NCBI GenBank assembly: GCA_044221885.1
Contig: JBGAOI010000001.1
Coordinates: 6,596-70,595 of the forward strand
Reading direction: 5' to 3'
From: Polyangium sp.
GTDB lineage: Bacteria > Myxococcota_A > Polyangia > Polyangiales > Polyangiaceae
Length of the DNA stretch: 64,000 nt
A program made the position numbers and the translations under genes. Positions 9,516 through 18,515 of this stretch are shown piece by piece (position 1 is the first letter of the stretch; every line of letters begins with the position of its first letter). Under the pieces are notes generated by a model. It saw nothing but the letters and a program-made list of their open reading frames with translations. It did not search any database and was not told the origin of the DNA.

Positions 9516-10991
9516 CTAATCAATGCTCCCCGGAGGTACGTAGGTCGACGTCGGCTTCGTTTTGACCGTAACCGTTGGTTTCCCCGTCGGAACTGGACTC
9601 GGGACATCTGTTTGTCTTGGCACTACGGCTGACGCTGTCGGCGATGTCACGCCTGGCGGCAGAACCTCGATTTTTTCGTCGGGGGTCGCTGCAGAAGCCG
9701 AAGATGCAGGAGCCGTCGGAGCTGCCGTCGCTTCGGTGGCCGGTGGTTTGACCTCGGGTGCTTTGGGCAAACCTTCCGAAAACGCCCGCTCCGCAATGAG
9801 CGGCGGAGGCGAACCGCTCAACGTCATTTTGAGCGCCAAACCGACCGCGATGGTCGTCATCATCAAAGACAAACCCACGAGCGGCGCAACCCAACGCGAT
9901 CGACGCGCCGTTCGTAACGAAGGCGGCGGTGCCTCCATCTCCACGGGCTTGCGCGTCGTCGAACTGATCTCTGAACGCTGCTTCGGTTCGGGCGGTTTCG
10001 ACTCGGACTGCTGCAATCCCTGCACATCCAAGTTCAGGTCCGACGAACTCCCCATCTCGCGCCGCGGTCGCGGCCCAACTCGAAACGACTGCGGGCCTGA
10101 TTCCGCATACTGCTCCTTGAACTCCGCCATCGCTTCGGTTGCACGCTGAAAGCGATCGTCCGGATGATTCGCAGTACCTTTCGCAAACCACACATCGAAC
10201 CAGTCAGGCAAAGTCACGCCCCGACGACGCAACGCGCGCTGCGTCGGAAGCTCGGTAGGCCCCGCAACGACGTTCTGGATCAGCGCATAAACGCCGACTT
10301 TTTTCGCTTCTTCGTGCCAGTAACTTTCGCCAGTGAGAAGCGTGTACGTGATGTGCACGAGCGACAAAACATCCGTTGGTGCTCCAATCAATGCGCTCTT
10401 CCCGATGATCTGTTCGGGCGCCATGTACATGGGCGTTCCAACGGTCTGCGTCGCGTGCGTTTGACCTTCGCTCATGAGTTTGGCGATGCCGAAGTCGAGG
10501 ATCTTCACACACGGACTTCCATCATCGCGTTGCGTGAGGAAGAGGTTTCCAGGCTTCAGATCGCGATGCACGATGCTCGCCGCGTGGGCCTTGTCGAGCG
10601 CCAGTGCAACCTGCGTCAAGTAAAGCAACGTGTCCGTGATCGGAAACGGACCACGCTTCTTGAGCAGCGATCCGAGCTCTTCGCCTTGCAAGAGTTCCAT
10701 CACGAGAAACGGCATCCCCGTCTCGTCGTCAACGCCCGCATCCGTCACGCGCACGATGTGATCGCTACGAATTTCGCCCGTGATTCTTGCTTCTTGCTCG
10801 AACCGACTACGCGCCGTTTCATCGTCGAGCACACCTGGCAGCATGGTCTTCAGAGCGCACGGAGAGTTGGTGCGTTCGTCGCGTGCTTCATGCACCGCAC
10901 CCATTGCCCCGGCTTTGATGCCGCGCAGGATTCGATATCGCTCGTGGAAGAGCGAGTTCGTCGGTAGGAACACCCCACTTCGGACCGCCAT
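9516..10991 (-). CDS. Membrane Ser/Thr protein kinase
   Basis: GAMGAV, ALK, HRDLKPGN, DFG, GTPMYMAPE; one TM helix; Pro/Thr-rich tail. Confidence 0.95.
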   Translation of the reverse strand: MAVRSGVFLPTNSLFHERYRILRGIKAGAMGAVHEARDERTNSPCALKTMLPGVLDDETARSRFEQEARITGEIRSDHIVRVTDAGVDDETGMPFLVMELLQGEELGSLLKKRGPFPITDTLLYLTQVALALDKAHAASIVHRDLKPGNLFLTQRDDGSPCVKILDFGIAKLMSEGQTHATQTVGTPMYMAPEQIIGKSALIGAPTDVLSLVHITYTLLTGESYWHEEAKKVGVYALIQNVVAGPTELPTQRALRRRGVTLPDWFDVWFAKGTANHPDDRFQRATEAMAEFKEQYAESGPQSFRVGPRPRREMGSSSDLNLDVQGLQQSESKPPEPKQRSEISSTTRKPVEMEAPPPSLRTARRSRWVAPLVGLSLMMTTIAVGLALKMTLSGSPPPLIAERAFSEGLPKAPEVKPPATEATAAPTAPASSASAATPDEKIEVLPPGVTSPTASAVVPRQTDVPSPVPTGKPTVTVKTKPTSTYVPPGSID

Positions 10992-11086
10992 TCAATGCCC
11001 TCGCAAAGTCCGAGTATGACAGAAATTCGTGGAAGGGAACCACCTTCGTAGGTTGGAAGAGTCAAACCTCGTTCCCCGGTGAAAGC

Positions 11087-12535
11087 TCAGACTTTCTTTC
11101 GCGGCCGCGGAATGTTGTAGGCCGCGAGTTTGGCCACGAACGTTCTCCGTGGGATGCCCAGCATCGCCGCCGCTGCTGTTTGATTCCCTGCGCATTTTTC
11201 GAGTGCATCGATCATACGTTGCCGTTCGAGCGATCCCAGTTCCTGGCGCAGATTCTTCAAAGGCTGCGTCGAGACCCCTTCACGCGCAGGTGCCGCCGCC
11301 GTTTCGTCGAGCTCCTGAGGTCGCTCCACCACCGCAGCTCGTACAGGCGCCGTGCTCGATGCCGTGGCCATTGGCACTCCTCCAGCATGTCCATCGAGCA
11401 CGAGATCTTCAGGCCGAATCATGCCCTCGCAGAGCACCACGGCTCGCTCGATCGCGTTCCGAAGTTCACGCACATTCCCCGGCCAATCATGCCCCAAAAG
11501 TGCGCCCATCGCTTCACGCGTGATGTTCGGCGGACTTCGCCCGATGCTCGCCGCAGCACTCGCCGCAAACGCCAATGCGAGCGGCATGATCTCGTCTCGG
11601 CGTTCGCGCAACGGCGGAATCGAAAGGGCGATGCCGTTGAGGCGAAAGAAGAGATCTTGCCGAAACGTTCCCCGCTGAACTTCGGCGGCCAAGTCACGAT
11701 TCGTTGCAGAAATGAAGCGGACGTCGATGGGTCGTGGAGACAAACCTCCGACCCGCATCACCTGACGATCTTCGAGTACGCGCAAGAGTTTGACCTGGAT
11801 TCCCAGGGGCAACTCGCCGACTTCGTCAAGAAAAACCGTGCCCTTCTCCGCTGTCTCGAACAGACCTGGCTTCGAACGAACCGCGTTCGTAAACGAGCCT
11901 TTTTCGTGCCCAAAAAGCTCACTCTCGAGAAGCGATTCACTCAGCGCACCACAGTTGAGTCGCAAAAAAGGAAACTTTGCGCGTGGTGATTTGCGATGAA
12001 TCGTCTCCGCAAGAACCTCTTTGCCAACACCCGTTTCTCCAAGCAACAACACGCTGATCGGACCTTCCGCGATGCGATCGACCATCGCGTAAAGTCGCTT
12101 CATCGCTTCATCGCGAATGATGTATGTCCCGCCGAACCCGGCCTCTTTGACGGCGGGAGCTTCGCCGACACATCGGACAACAATCATGGCTGAGCCGATG
12201 TTGACGACATCGCCGACGGCAAACTCGGCAGGTTCACCTGGACGTACGACGAAATCTTCGAGACGAACCGTACCGGCTGCGCCTTTTTCTCGGCGTAACT
12301 TGATTCCGTTGGCACTTCCGAGATCTTCGACTTGCAGCGTCGGCCCGATGTGCAAGATGGCATGACGACGCGAAACGGAGCTGTCTTCGATGCGGATATC
12401 GTTGCCTTCAGCCCGACCAAGCGACACACGTCCGCTTTCCGGCAAGACATGACGCGTGGTGCCGCCAGCCGCAAATACCGCAAGCTCGAGCTGTTTCGTC
12501 AAATGTGCATCTCCGCAACGATCATCGAGAGCCAA
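11087..12535 (-). CDS. FHA-domain sigma54 enhancer-binding protein
   Basis: FHA (GR...SRRHA...DLGSANG), GETGVGKE, ESELFGHEKGSFTNA, FLDEVGE, WPGNVREL, C-terminal HTH. Confidence 0.93.
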   Translation of the reverse strand: MALDDRCGDAHLTKQLELAVFAAGGTTRHVLPESGRVSLGRAEGNDIRIEDSSVSRRHAILHIGPTLQVEDLGSANGIKLRREKGAAGTVRLEDFVVRPGEPAEFAVGDVVNIGSAMIVVRCVGEAPAVKEAGFGGTYIIRDEAMKRLYAMVDRIAEGPISVLLLGETGVGKEVLAETIHRKSPRAKFPFLRLNCGALSESLLESELFGHEKGSFTNAVRSKPGLFETAEKGTVFLDEVGELPLGIQVKLLRVLEDRQVMRVGGLSPRPIDVRFISATNRDLAAEVQRGTFRQDLFFRLNGIALSIPPLRERRDEIMPLALAFAASAAASIGRSPPNITREAMGALLGHDWPGNVRELRNAIERAVVLCEGMIRPEDLVLDGHAGGVPMATASSTAPVRAAVVERPQELDETAAAPAREGVSTQPLKNLRQELGSLERQRMIDALEKCAGNQTAAAAMLGIPRRTFVAKLAAYNIPRPRKKV

Positions 12536-12634
12536 TCAACCCAACCAATGACGAAATTGTCCGGAAAGACTTGTGCTGGCTAGGTTACCCTTGATTACGT
12601 CAGCGCGTCAAACCGAACCTCGTGGTGGATCGGC

Positions 12635-14656
12635 TCATTCTTCGAGCTCGTTCTTCGGGGCAGATGGGTCTGTCGATTGCGTAGCCGGCATAGGCGCCGG
12701 AATTACTTTGCGAATGGCAGTCAAATGACGCTTGGTCACCCCTGTGACCGCCAAGATGTCGGCGTCACTTGCCCCACGCAACGCCGACATCGATCCCAGC
12801 TCACGCAAAAGCGTTTTACGAGTTGCATCACCCAATCCCGGTATGTCCTCGATTTCGGATCGCAATCGTCGAGACTTGCCCAGTTTTTCACGGATATGGT
12901 TCGCCGACCGATGTGCTTCGTCTCGCGCTCGGGCCAAGAAAAACAGGGACGAGCTTCCTGGACGCAAAGCAATGCCATTTTTTTGCCCCGGGAGGTAAAC
13001 GCGATCGACCATTTTTTCGCCCGTTTGCGATTCACGTTCTTTCGCCAAACCGACAATGGGCATTCCGTGCAATCCCAAATCTCGCGCCGCAGCCAATGCG
13101 ACATTCAATTGACCACGGCCACCGTCGACGACGAACAAGTCCGGTAAGTCCCAATCGACTTCTCCGCTGTTTTCTGAACTGGTCGTCATTTCGACATCGG
13201 CATTGGCTTCCGCATCAACCATAGCCTCGGCTTCGCGGGCTTCACGTGCCGTTCGACCGCGCCGAAAACGCCGGGCCAAAACTTCGTACATGGCCAAATA
13301 ATCATCACCCTCTGTTTTGGTTTTTACCCGAAAACTTCGATAATGCTTTTTATCGGGTTGCCCATCGAGCAACGCAACGATGCTTCCGACGGTATCCCCG
13401 CCACCGAGATGCGAAATATCGCAACATTCAATTCGGCGCGGCAACGACGGAAGACGCAATCGTTCCCGCAAATCCTCGAGACGCGCTTCGATATCATCGG
13501 CGCTGCGTTGTTTTTCCCGGAACGCATGTTGCGCGTTTTCTCGCGCCATTGCCAATAATTCAACGCGAGGCCCTCGTTGCGGAACGATCAAAGCCACGCG
13601 TTTCCCGCGTCGCTCCGTCAGCCATTCTTCCACACCTTCCACAAGGTCCGGCAGGACAGGCAGAAGAATTTCATCCGGAATGACATCCACGAGGGTCTCG
13701 TCATCATAATACTGCGCTAGAAACCCTGACAAAACCTCTTCATCGGGCAATTCTACATTTCGCAACGAAAACGAAATCGTATCCGCGACTCGACCACCCC
13801 GGACCTTGATGAGCTCGACTTCGACAATGCTGCCTTCACGATAAAGCCCGACGATATCTTGATCGACGTCTTTTACCGCAACAACACGTTGCGCTTCACG
13901 AGCGCTCTCCACAGCCGCAAGCTGATCGCGGTAAATCGCCGCAATCTCGAATTCCATTTTTTGCGCCGCCGCCTTCATTCGATCTTTTAGTTCTCGGGTT
14001 AGTTCGTCATGACGACCTTCGAGAAAAAGCGACACAGATCGGACTTGTTCGGCATATTCGCTTTTGTCCACATCCATGACGCACGGGGCGGGACATCGCT
14101 TGATTTGGTATTGCAAACACGGCCGCTTGCGCGATTGCATTTCCACGTCGGAACATGTGCGTAGCTTCCAATGTTTGTTGACCAAATGCAGCGTACGCCG
14201 AGCGCTCGTGGCCGAATGAAAGGGTCCGAAATATCGCGCCCCATCGGGGGAAGGACGACGCACCGTTTCGAGGCGCGGCCAATCACTTTTCGAATCGATA
14301 CGCAAACAAAGAAAATCTTTGTCATCCCGCAACTTGACGTTGAAGCGCGGATGATGCTTCTTGATGAGTTCGTTCTCGAGAATCGCCGCCTCTTTTTCCG
14401 TCGACGTGACGACGGTTTCGAGGTCACGCACGATGCGGCGCAAGATCGGGATGAAGTACCGCGTATCGCTGCCACCGTCGCTGAAGTAGCTGCGCACGCG
14501 CGAGCGCAAACTCTTGGCTTTGCCGACGTAAACGACTGCACCCGCCTTGTCGATGAACAAGTAGCAACCAGGTCGCACGGGCAATGTGTCGAGCTTGGCT
14601 AAAAAAGGCAGATCGGCGGGAACTTCGGGGGAGTTGTCTTGCGCGGTTTCGGACAC
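12635..14656 (-). CDS. uvrC: Excinuclease ABC subunit C
   Basis: GIY-YIG region (PGCYLF...YVGKAKSLRSRVRSYF), RPCLQYQIKRC, RIECCDISH, VDGGRGQL, RDEAHR, HhH tail; GTG start at 14656 inferred. Confidence 0.97.
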   Translation of the reverse strand: MSETAQDNSPEVPADLPFLAKLDTLPVRPGCYLFIDKAGAVVYVGKAKSLRSRVRSYFSDGGSDTRYFIPILRRIVRDLETVVTSTEKEAAILENELIKKHHPRFNVKLRDDKDFLCLRIDSKSDWPRLETVRRPSPDGARYFGPFHSATSARRTLHLVNKHWKLRTCSDVEMQSRKRPCLQYQIKRCPAPCVMDVDKSEYAEQVRSVSLFLEGRHDELTRELKDRMKAAAQKMEFEIAAIYRDQLAAVESAREAQRVVAVKDVDQDIVGLYREGSIVEVELIKVRGGRVADTISFSLRNVELPDEEVLSGFLAQYYDDETLVDVIPDEILLPVLPDLVEGVEEWLTERRGKRVALIVPQRGPRVELLAMARENAQHAFREKQRSADDIEARLEDLRERLRLPSLPRRIECCDISHLGGGDTVGSIVALLDGQPDKKHYRSFRVKTKTEGDDYLAMYEVLARRFRRGRTAREAREAEAMVDAEANADVEMTTSSENSGEVDWDLPDLFVVDGGRGQLNVALAAARDLGLHGMPIVGLAKERESQTGEKMVDRVYLPGQKNGIALRPGSSSLFFLARARDEAHRSANHIREKLGKSRRLRSEIEDIPGLGDATRKTLLRELGSMSALRGASDADILAVTGVTKRHLTAIRKVIPAPMPATQSTDPSAPKNELEE

Positions 14657-14738
14657 GAGGCAATTTGTAGCGCCGGCTGGGATAAAAGAGCAAGCTTGAC
14701 GCGGCCGGGCAAACCAGGCTCCATCCTCACGGGCGTCC

Positions 14739-16007
14739 ATGCCGAGCAAAACCCCTTCTCCTGCACCGTCGAAATCCTCGTCCGAGTCTTCGTCGAAACT
14801 CGGGCCTGTCCTGTTGATCCTGAAACTCCTGGTCATTCCAGCAGGTCTCGTGGCGACTGTCGTGTCGTTCATGAGCGGCGTGGGTGCGATCACGACAAAC
14901 CTTTACGCGCGCGGCATCATCGCGTTCGTCATCGCGCTCGGGGTTCCTCTGGCCATTGCCGACAAGCTCTTGCCCAAGGATGATCCGACGCGGGGCAAAG
15001 GCATCGTCTCGGATGTTTTGGCGCTTTTTCTCCTGGCGATACCGCTCGGGTTCACGGCAGGCGCAAGCGCCACCCGACCGTTGCTCGTCGCGGAAGGAGA
15101 TCGACTCTCCACCGAAGGTTTTTCCTCGTTGGCTGAGGTGGCGTATTTCCTGGGCAATGTGCGTCCCGAGCGCCCCGCATCTGCGACAAACCCAACCGCG
15201 GACGTTGTCGATGCAGGCGCGGATGCGACAAACCTTGCCGACGTCGAGGTCGCATCTTCGCCGGACGCGAGCGTGGAAACGCCTGACGCTACGGTTACCG
15301 ATGCAACCGCGGAAGCAGACGCCCCCAAGGACCCCAAACCTCGACCGGCAGGCGAAAAGACACCGGCGGAACTTTTCCGCGAATGGTCGCCATCGGTGGT
15401 GACGATTTTCGTCAAAAAAGGGGACGCTCAAGGCGGTGGGACGGGATTTTTGATTGACGAATACGGGACGATCGTCACGAATCATCACGTCATCGAAGGC
15501 GCAGAATACGCGAAAATAAAATTCCAAAATGGTGCGTCGTACGAAAACATCGATGTGTTGGTCGATGACCGCACAGTTGATTTGGCCATTCTCTCGATTG
15601 ATCTGAAACGACCACTGGAAGCTGGCGCAGCGCCGACGGACGCAAAGCCGATTCGTCTGGGAGATTCAGAAAAAGTTGCCGTGGGTGAACGGGCCATTGC
15701 CATTGGAAATCCTTTGGGTCTCGAACATACGCTCACGGATGGATTGATCTCTGCGCGGCGATTGTACGAAGGAAAGCAATGGATTCAGATTTCCGTGCCC
15801 ATTTCGCCAGGCAATTCCGGCGGGCCGCTCTTTAATATGCGCGGCGAAGTGATTGGCATCATTACGGCGCAAATTGGTGGTCCCTTTGCACGGGCGCAAA
15901 ACCTGAACTTGGCTGTCCCCGTCGATGAGCTGAAGCGACTCATGAAACCGAATTATCCCAACAAACGAAAACTCGGCGATCCGAATGCATTTTCGGGCCA
16001 GTGGTGA
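14739..16007 (+). CDS. Membrane-anchored trypsin-like (S1C/HtrA-type) serine protease without PDZ domain
   Basis: Three N-terminal TM helices; catalytic triad motifs TNHHVI, DLAIL, GNSGGPL. Confidence 0.9.
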   Translation: MPSKTPSPAPSKSSSESSSKLGPVLLILKLLVIPAGLVATVVSFMSGVGAITTNLYARGIIAFVIALGVPLAIADKLLPKDDPTRGKGIVSDVLALFLLAIPLGFTAGASATRPLLVAEGDRLSTEGFSSLAEVAYFLGNVRPERPASATNPTADVVDAGADATNLADVEVASSPDASVETPDATVTDATAEADAPKDPKPRPAGEKTPAELFREWSPSVVTIFVKKGDAQGGGTGFLIDEYGTIVTNHHVIEGAEYAKIKFQNGASYENIDVLVDDRTVDLAILSIDLKRPLEAGAAPTDAKPIRLGDSEKVAVGERAIAIGNPLGLEHTLTDGLISARRLYEGKQWIQISVPISPGNSGGPLFNMRGEVIGIITAQIGGPFARAQNLNLAVPVDELKRLMKPNYPNKRKLGDPNAFSGQW

Positions 16008-17533
16008 TGAACGTGCGCCAAACCATCGTCCTCGTTTTGCTCGTATCCATGTTGGGGGGTTTTGGGGCGTTGGCTGCTATGCGCCAACGTACGACGCATC
16101 TAGCGCCAGCATCGAATCAATCCGCTGGAACTCCGACGGCAAGTGCTGCAAGTGCTACAAGTGCGGCGCCTTCTGCGGGAGCTTCCGCGGCAAGCAGTGC
16201 CAGCTCGAGCGCCGCGGCGAGTAGCAATGCCCCGCCAAACCCAAGCTCGAGTGCGCCCGTGGCCGATGCCGGACCAGTTCCGGCCATGGACCGACCCCTC
16301 GCAGTCGTTGCGTTAGGCTGGGATTTGGCCGCTCCCGGCATTTTGGCCAATGACGGCGTGAAACCCAACCCGAAAAGTGCATTTGCGCCTTCGGGGCTCG
16401 ACGTGCGTTTGTCTGTATCAAACGCCATGAGCAACATCGAAGATGCATTGGCGCGTGGAGGCGGTGATGCAAGCGGCGCCGACGTGGCAATCGTGCCTTT
16501 GTCGAGTTTCGTTGAAAGTTATGAGCGATTACGAGCATTGTCGCCGGAAGTGTTTTTCGTCGTTGGGTTTTCCCGAGGCCGCGAAGCTTTGGCCGGAAAA
16601 ACGGCTGGCCTTCCGACGAGCGTCCCCAAATCACCCCTCAAATTGGTCGGCGTGCGCGGTGCCCCGTCGACATTTTTTGGGCTCTTCTTGCTCGATATTG
16701 CCGGCGTGGCTCCGAAGGATGTCGAAATGGTCGTTCCGGGCGAACGCGAAGAAAAAGATGCCTCTTTTTTCGCATTCGAACGTAATGATCCCCAAGCCGA
16801 CGCCGGCCGCAAAATCGTCTTGACCTCCGCCGATACACCGCACCTTTTGCCGCTCGTCGCCATTGCCCCACACGGCCTGATTGCCGACAAAGAGCGAGCA
16901 ATGACCGCGCTGACCAAAGGCTGGCTCGAAGGCATCAAGAAACTCGGCACGGATCCTCCGGGCGGCGCACGAGTCATTGCAGCGCTCGAAGGAGCTCCAG
17001 AACCGCTCGGGTTGTTGCGTCGATTGGGTGAAATGGAAACGGCGACCGTTTCAGACAATGCGCGATATTTGGGATTGTCGGGACGAAGTGCCCTCAGCAT
17101 TCCCGTTTTGTTTCAACGCACTTGGCAGCTTTACCGCGGCGTCTCGTTTGTCACGACACCTTCACCGGAAAATCTACCTCTCGCAACGTCTGTGGTGACC
17201 GCACTGGCCAGGTCAAACGATGCGTTGATGGGACGTGACAATCGACCTGGCAAGAGTGATTTCAAAGAAGGCAAAGACGCAATCGTGGTGTATCGCCAAG
17301 AAAAACTCGACGAAGAATCACTCGTCAACACCGTTGGACTTCTGGCAGCGGTCTTCGAACGCAACGTATTGCGGGTGTCCGTGAATGGCCCAGCCGCTGG
17401 CGTGGACACAACCAAAACGAAAAAATTGATCGAAGCCGCGGAAGGGCAATTCGGTGTGGAATCTGGGCGACTCGCCGTTGCGTCGAAAACCAAGGCGCGA
17501 GGAGCCGCCATTGAAGTGATGGCTCTGCCTTAA
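16007..17533 (+). CDS. Membrane-anchored protein, possibly periplasmic-binding-protein-like
   Basis: N-terminal TM, Ala/Ser linker, alpha/beta domain with 'SRGREAL' and 'PSTFF' reminiscent of NMT1/SsuA-like binding proteins. Confidence 0.45.
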   Translation: MNVRQTIVLVLLVSMLGGFGALAAMRQRTTHLAPASNQSAGTPTASAASATSAAPSAGASAASSASSSAAASSNAPPNPSSSAPVADAGPVPAMDRPLAVVALGWDLAAPGILANDGVKPNPKSAFAPSGLDVRLSVSNAMSNIEDALARGGGDASGADVAIVPLSSFVESYERLRALSPEVFFVVGFSRGREALAGKTAGLPTSVPKSPLKLVGVRGAPSTFFGLFLLDIAGVAPKDVEMVVPGEREEKDASFFAFERNDPQADAGRKIVLTSADTPHLLPLVAIAPHGLIADKERAMTALTKGWLEGIKKLGTDPPGGARVIAALEGAPEPLGLLRRLGEMETATVSDNARYLGLSGRSALSIPVLFQRTWQLYRGVSFVTTPSPENLPLATSVVTALARSNDALMGRDNRPGKSDFKEGKDAIVVYRQEKLDEESLVNTVGLLAAVFERNVLRVSVNGPAAGVDTTKTKKLIEAAEGQFGVESGRLAVASKTKARGAAIEVMALP

Positions 17534-17543
17534 CGGCCTTGCT

Positions 17544-18461
17544 TCACGGCCCAATCAATACGGCGACGTTGCCACTGATGTCTTCGGCTTCCACGCGCAA
17601 TCGCAGGTGCGACGCATCCGTCGGGCCGATGAGTTTCGTAAACGTAAACGCAATCGTTTGTTCCGTACTCACGTTGTCGAACAGGGCCGGCTTGACTTCG
17701 ATCCCGTTCGGCGCGGGATCGTCCACGTCCATCGTATCGGTGCTGCCGCCCGTTTTTTCGCGATTCCACTCTTCCATGTGCCAGCGCTGTTCGGACATGG
17801 GCGACAAACCGTCAAGAATGGCTTCTCGTGGCGCTTCAAAGGTGGATGCCGAAATGCGCACGAGGTCCAGCTCGCGATTGCGAACGACGACGCGTACGGT
17901 GACTTTCGGCGACGTGGGTATCGTCGTATCGACGCTGTCGAGGACGAGCGTTGGCGCTCCGCGATCGAAATACGGCAAAACACGGAATGGATGAACACAA
18001 TCCACCACTTCCGTCCCAGGCTTTCGAATCTCGAAATACAAGTGCGCTCGACCGTCCGTCGACGTGCCTGTCGTCCCAATGAAATCTCCCGGATCGACCA
18101 AATCGCCAACCTTTGCATCGACCGTCAACAAATGCAGGTAATTGCTGTAATACCCGTCGTGCGCAACTTGGACGCGCATACCGCCATCGGTAGCGAACTG
18201 TTCAATGATCTGAACTGTGCCGGCAGCAATGGCGTGGACATCCGTTCGCTCCGGAACATCAATGTCGATTCCACGCTTGAATTCGTATGTACCATCCTCG
18301 GCACGAATTCGTGGACCGTAGGTTGCTTGGAGGTTTGTCCAATCGCCCGCTGCATCGCCCGAAACAGGCCATACGACCGGGTCGGAGTTACAACCACCCA
18401 CGAGAGCGGTTGCAGCAAGTACAAGTCCCATTTGAAGGTGTCGCGAGAAAAACCCATCCAT
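17544..18461 (-). CDS. M23/LytM-family lipoprotein with degenerate Zn ligands
   Basis: Lipobox VGGC; GIDI...VHAIAAG, YLHL, GDFIGTTG, HLYFEIR. Confidence 0.8.
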   Translation of the reverse strand: MDGFFSRHLQMGLVLAATALVGGCNSDPVVWPVSGDAAGDWTNLQATYGPRIRAEDGTYEFKRGIDIDVPERTDVHAIAAGTVQIIEQFATDGGMRVQVAHDGYYSNYLHLLTVDAKVGDLVDPGDFIGTTGTSTDGRAHLYFEIRKPGTEVVDCVHPFRVLPYFDRGAPTLVLDSVDTTIPTSPKVTVRVVVRNRELDLVRISASTFEAPREAILDGLSPMSEQRWHMEEWNREKTGGSTDTMDVDDPAPNGIEVKPALFDNVSTEQTIAFTFTKLIGPTDASHLRLRVEAEDISGNVAVLIGP

Positions 18462-18515
18462 GGGGACAAGGATAAGCCCCTCGAAAGACCATGACCAGCG
18501 GCAATCTGTGACAAA

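Noticed and set aside
14657-14893. N-terminal extension of the UvrC ORF
   Set aside because: It overlaps the divergent protease gene; UvrC homology begins after 14656.
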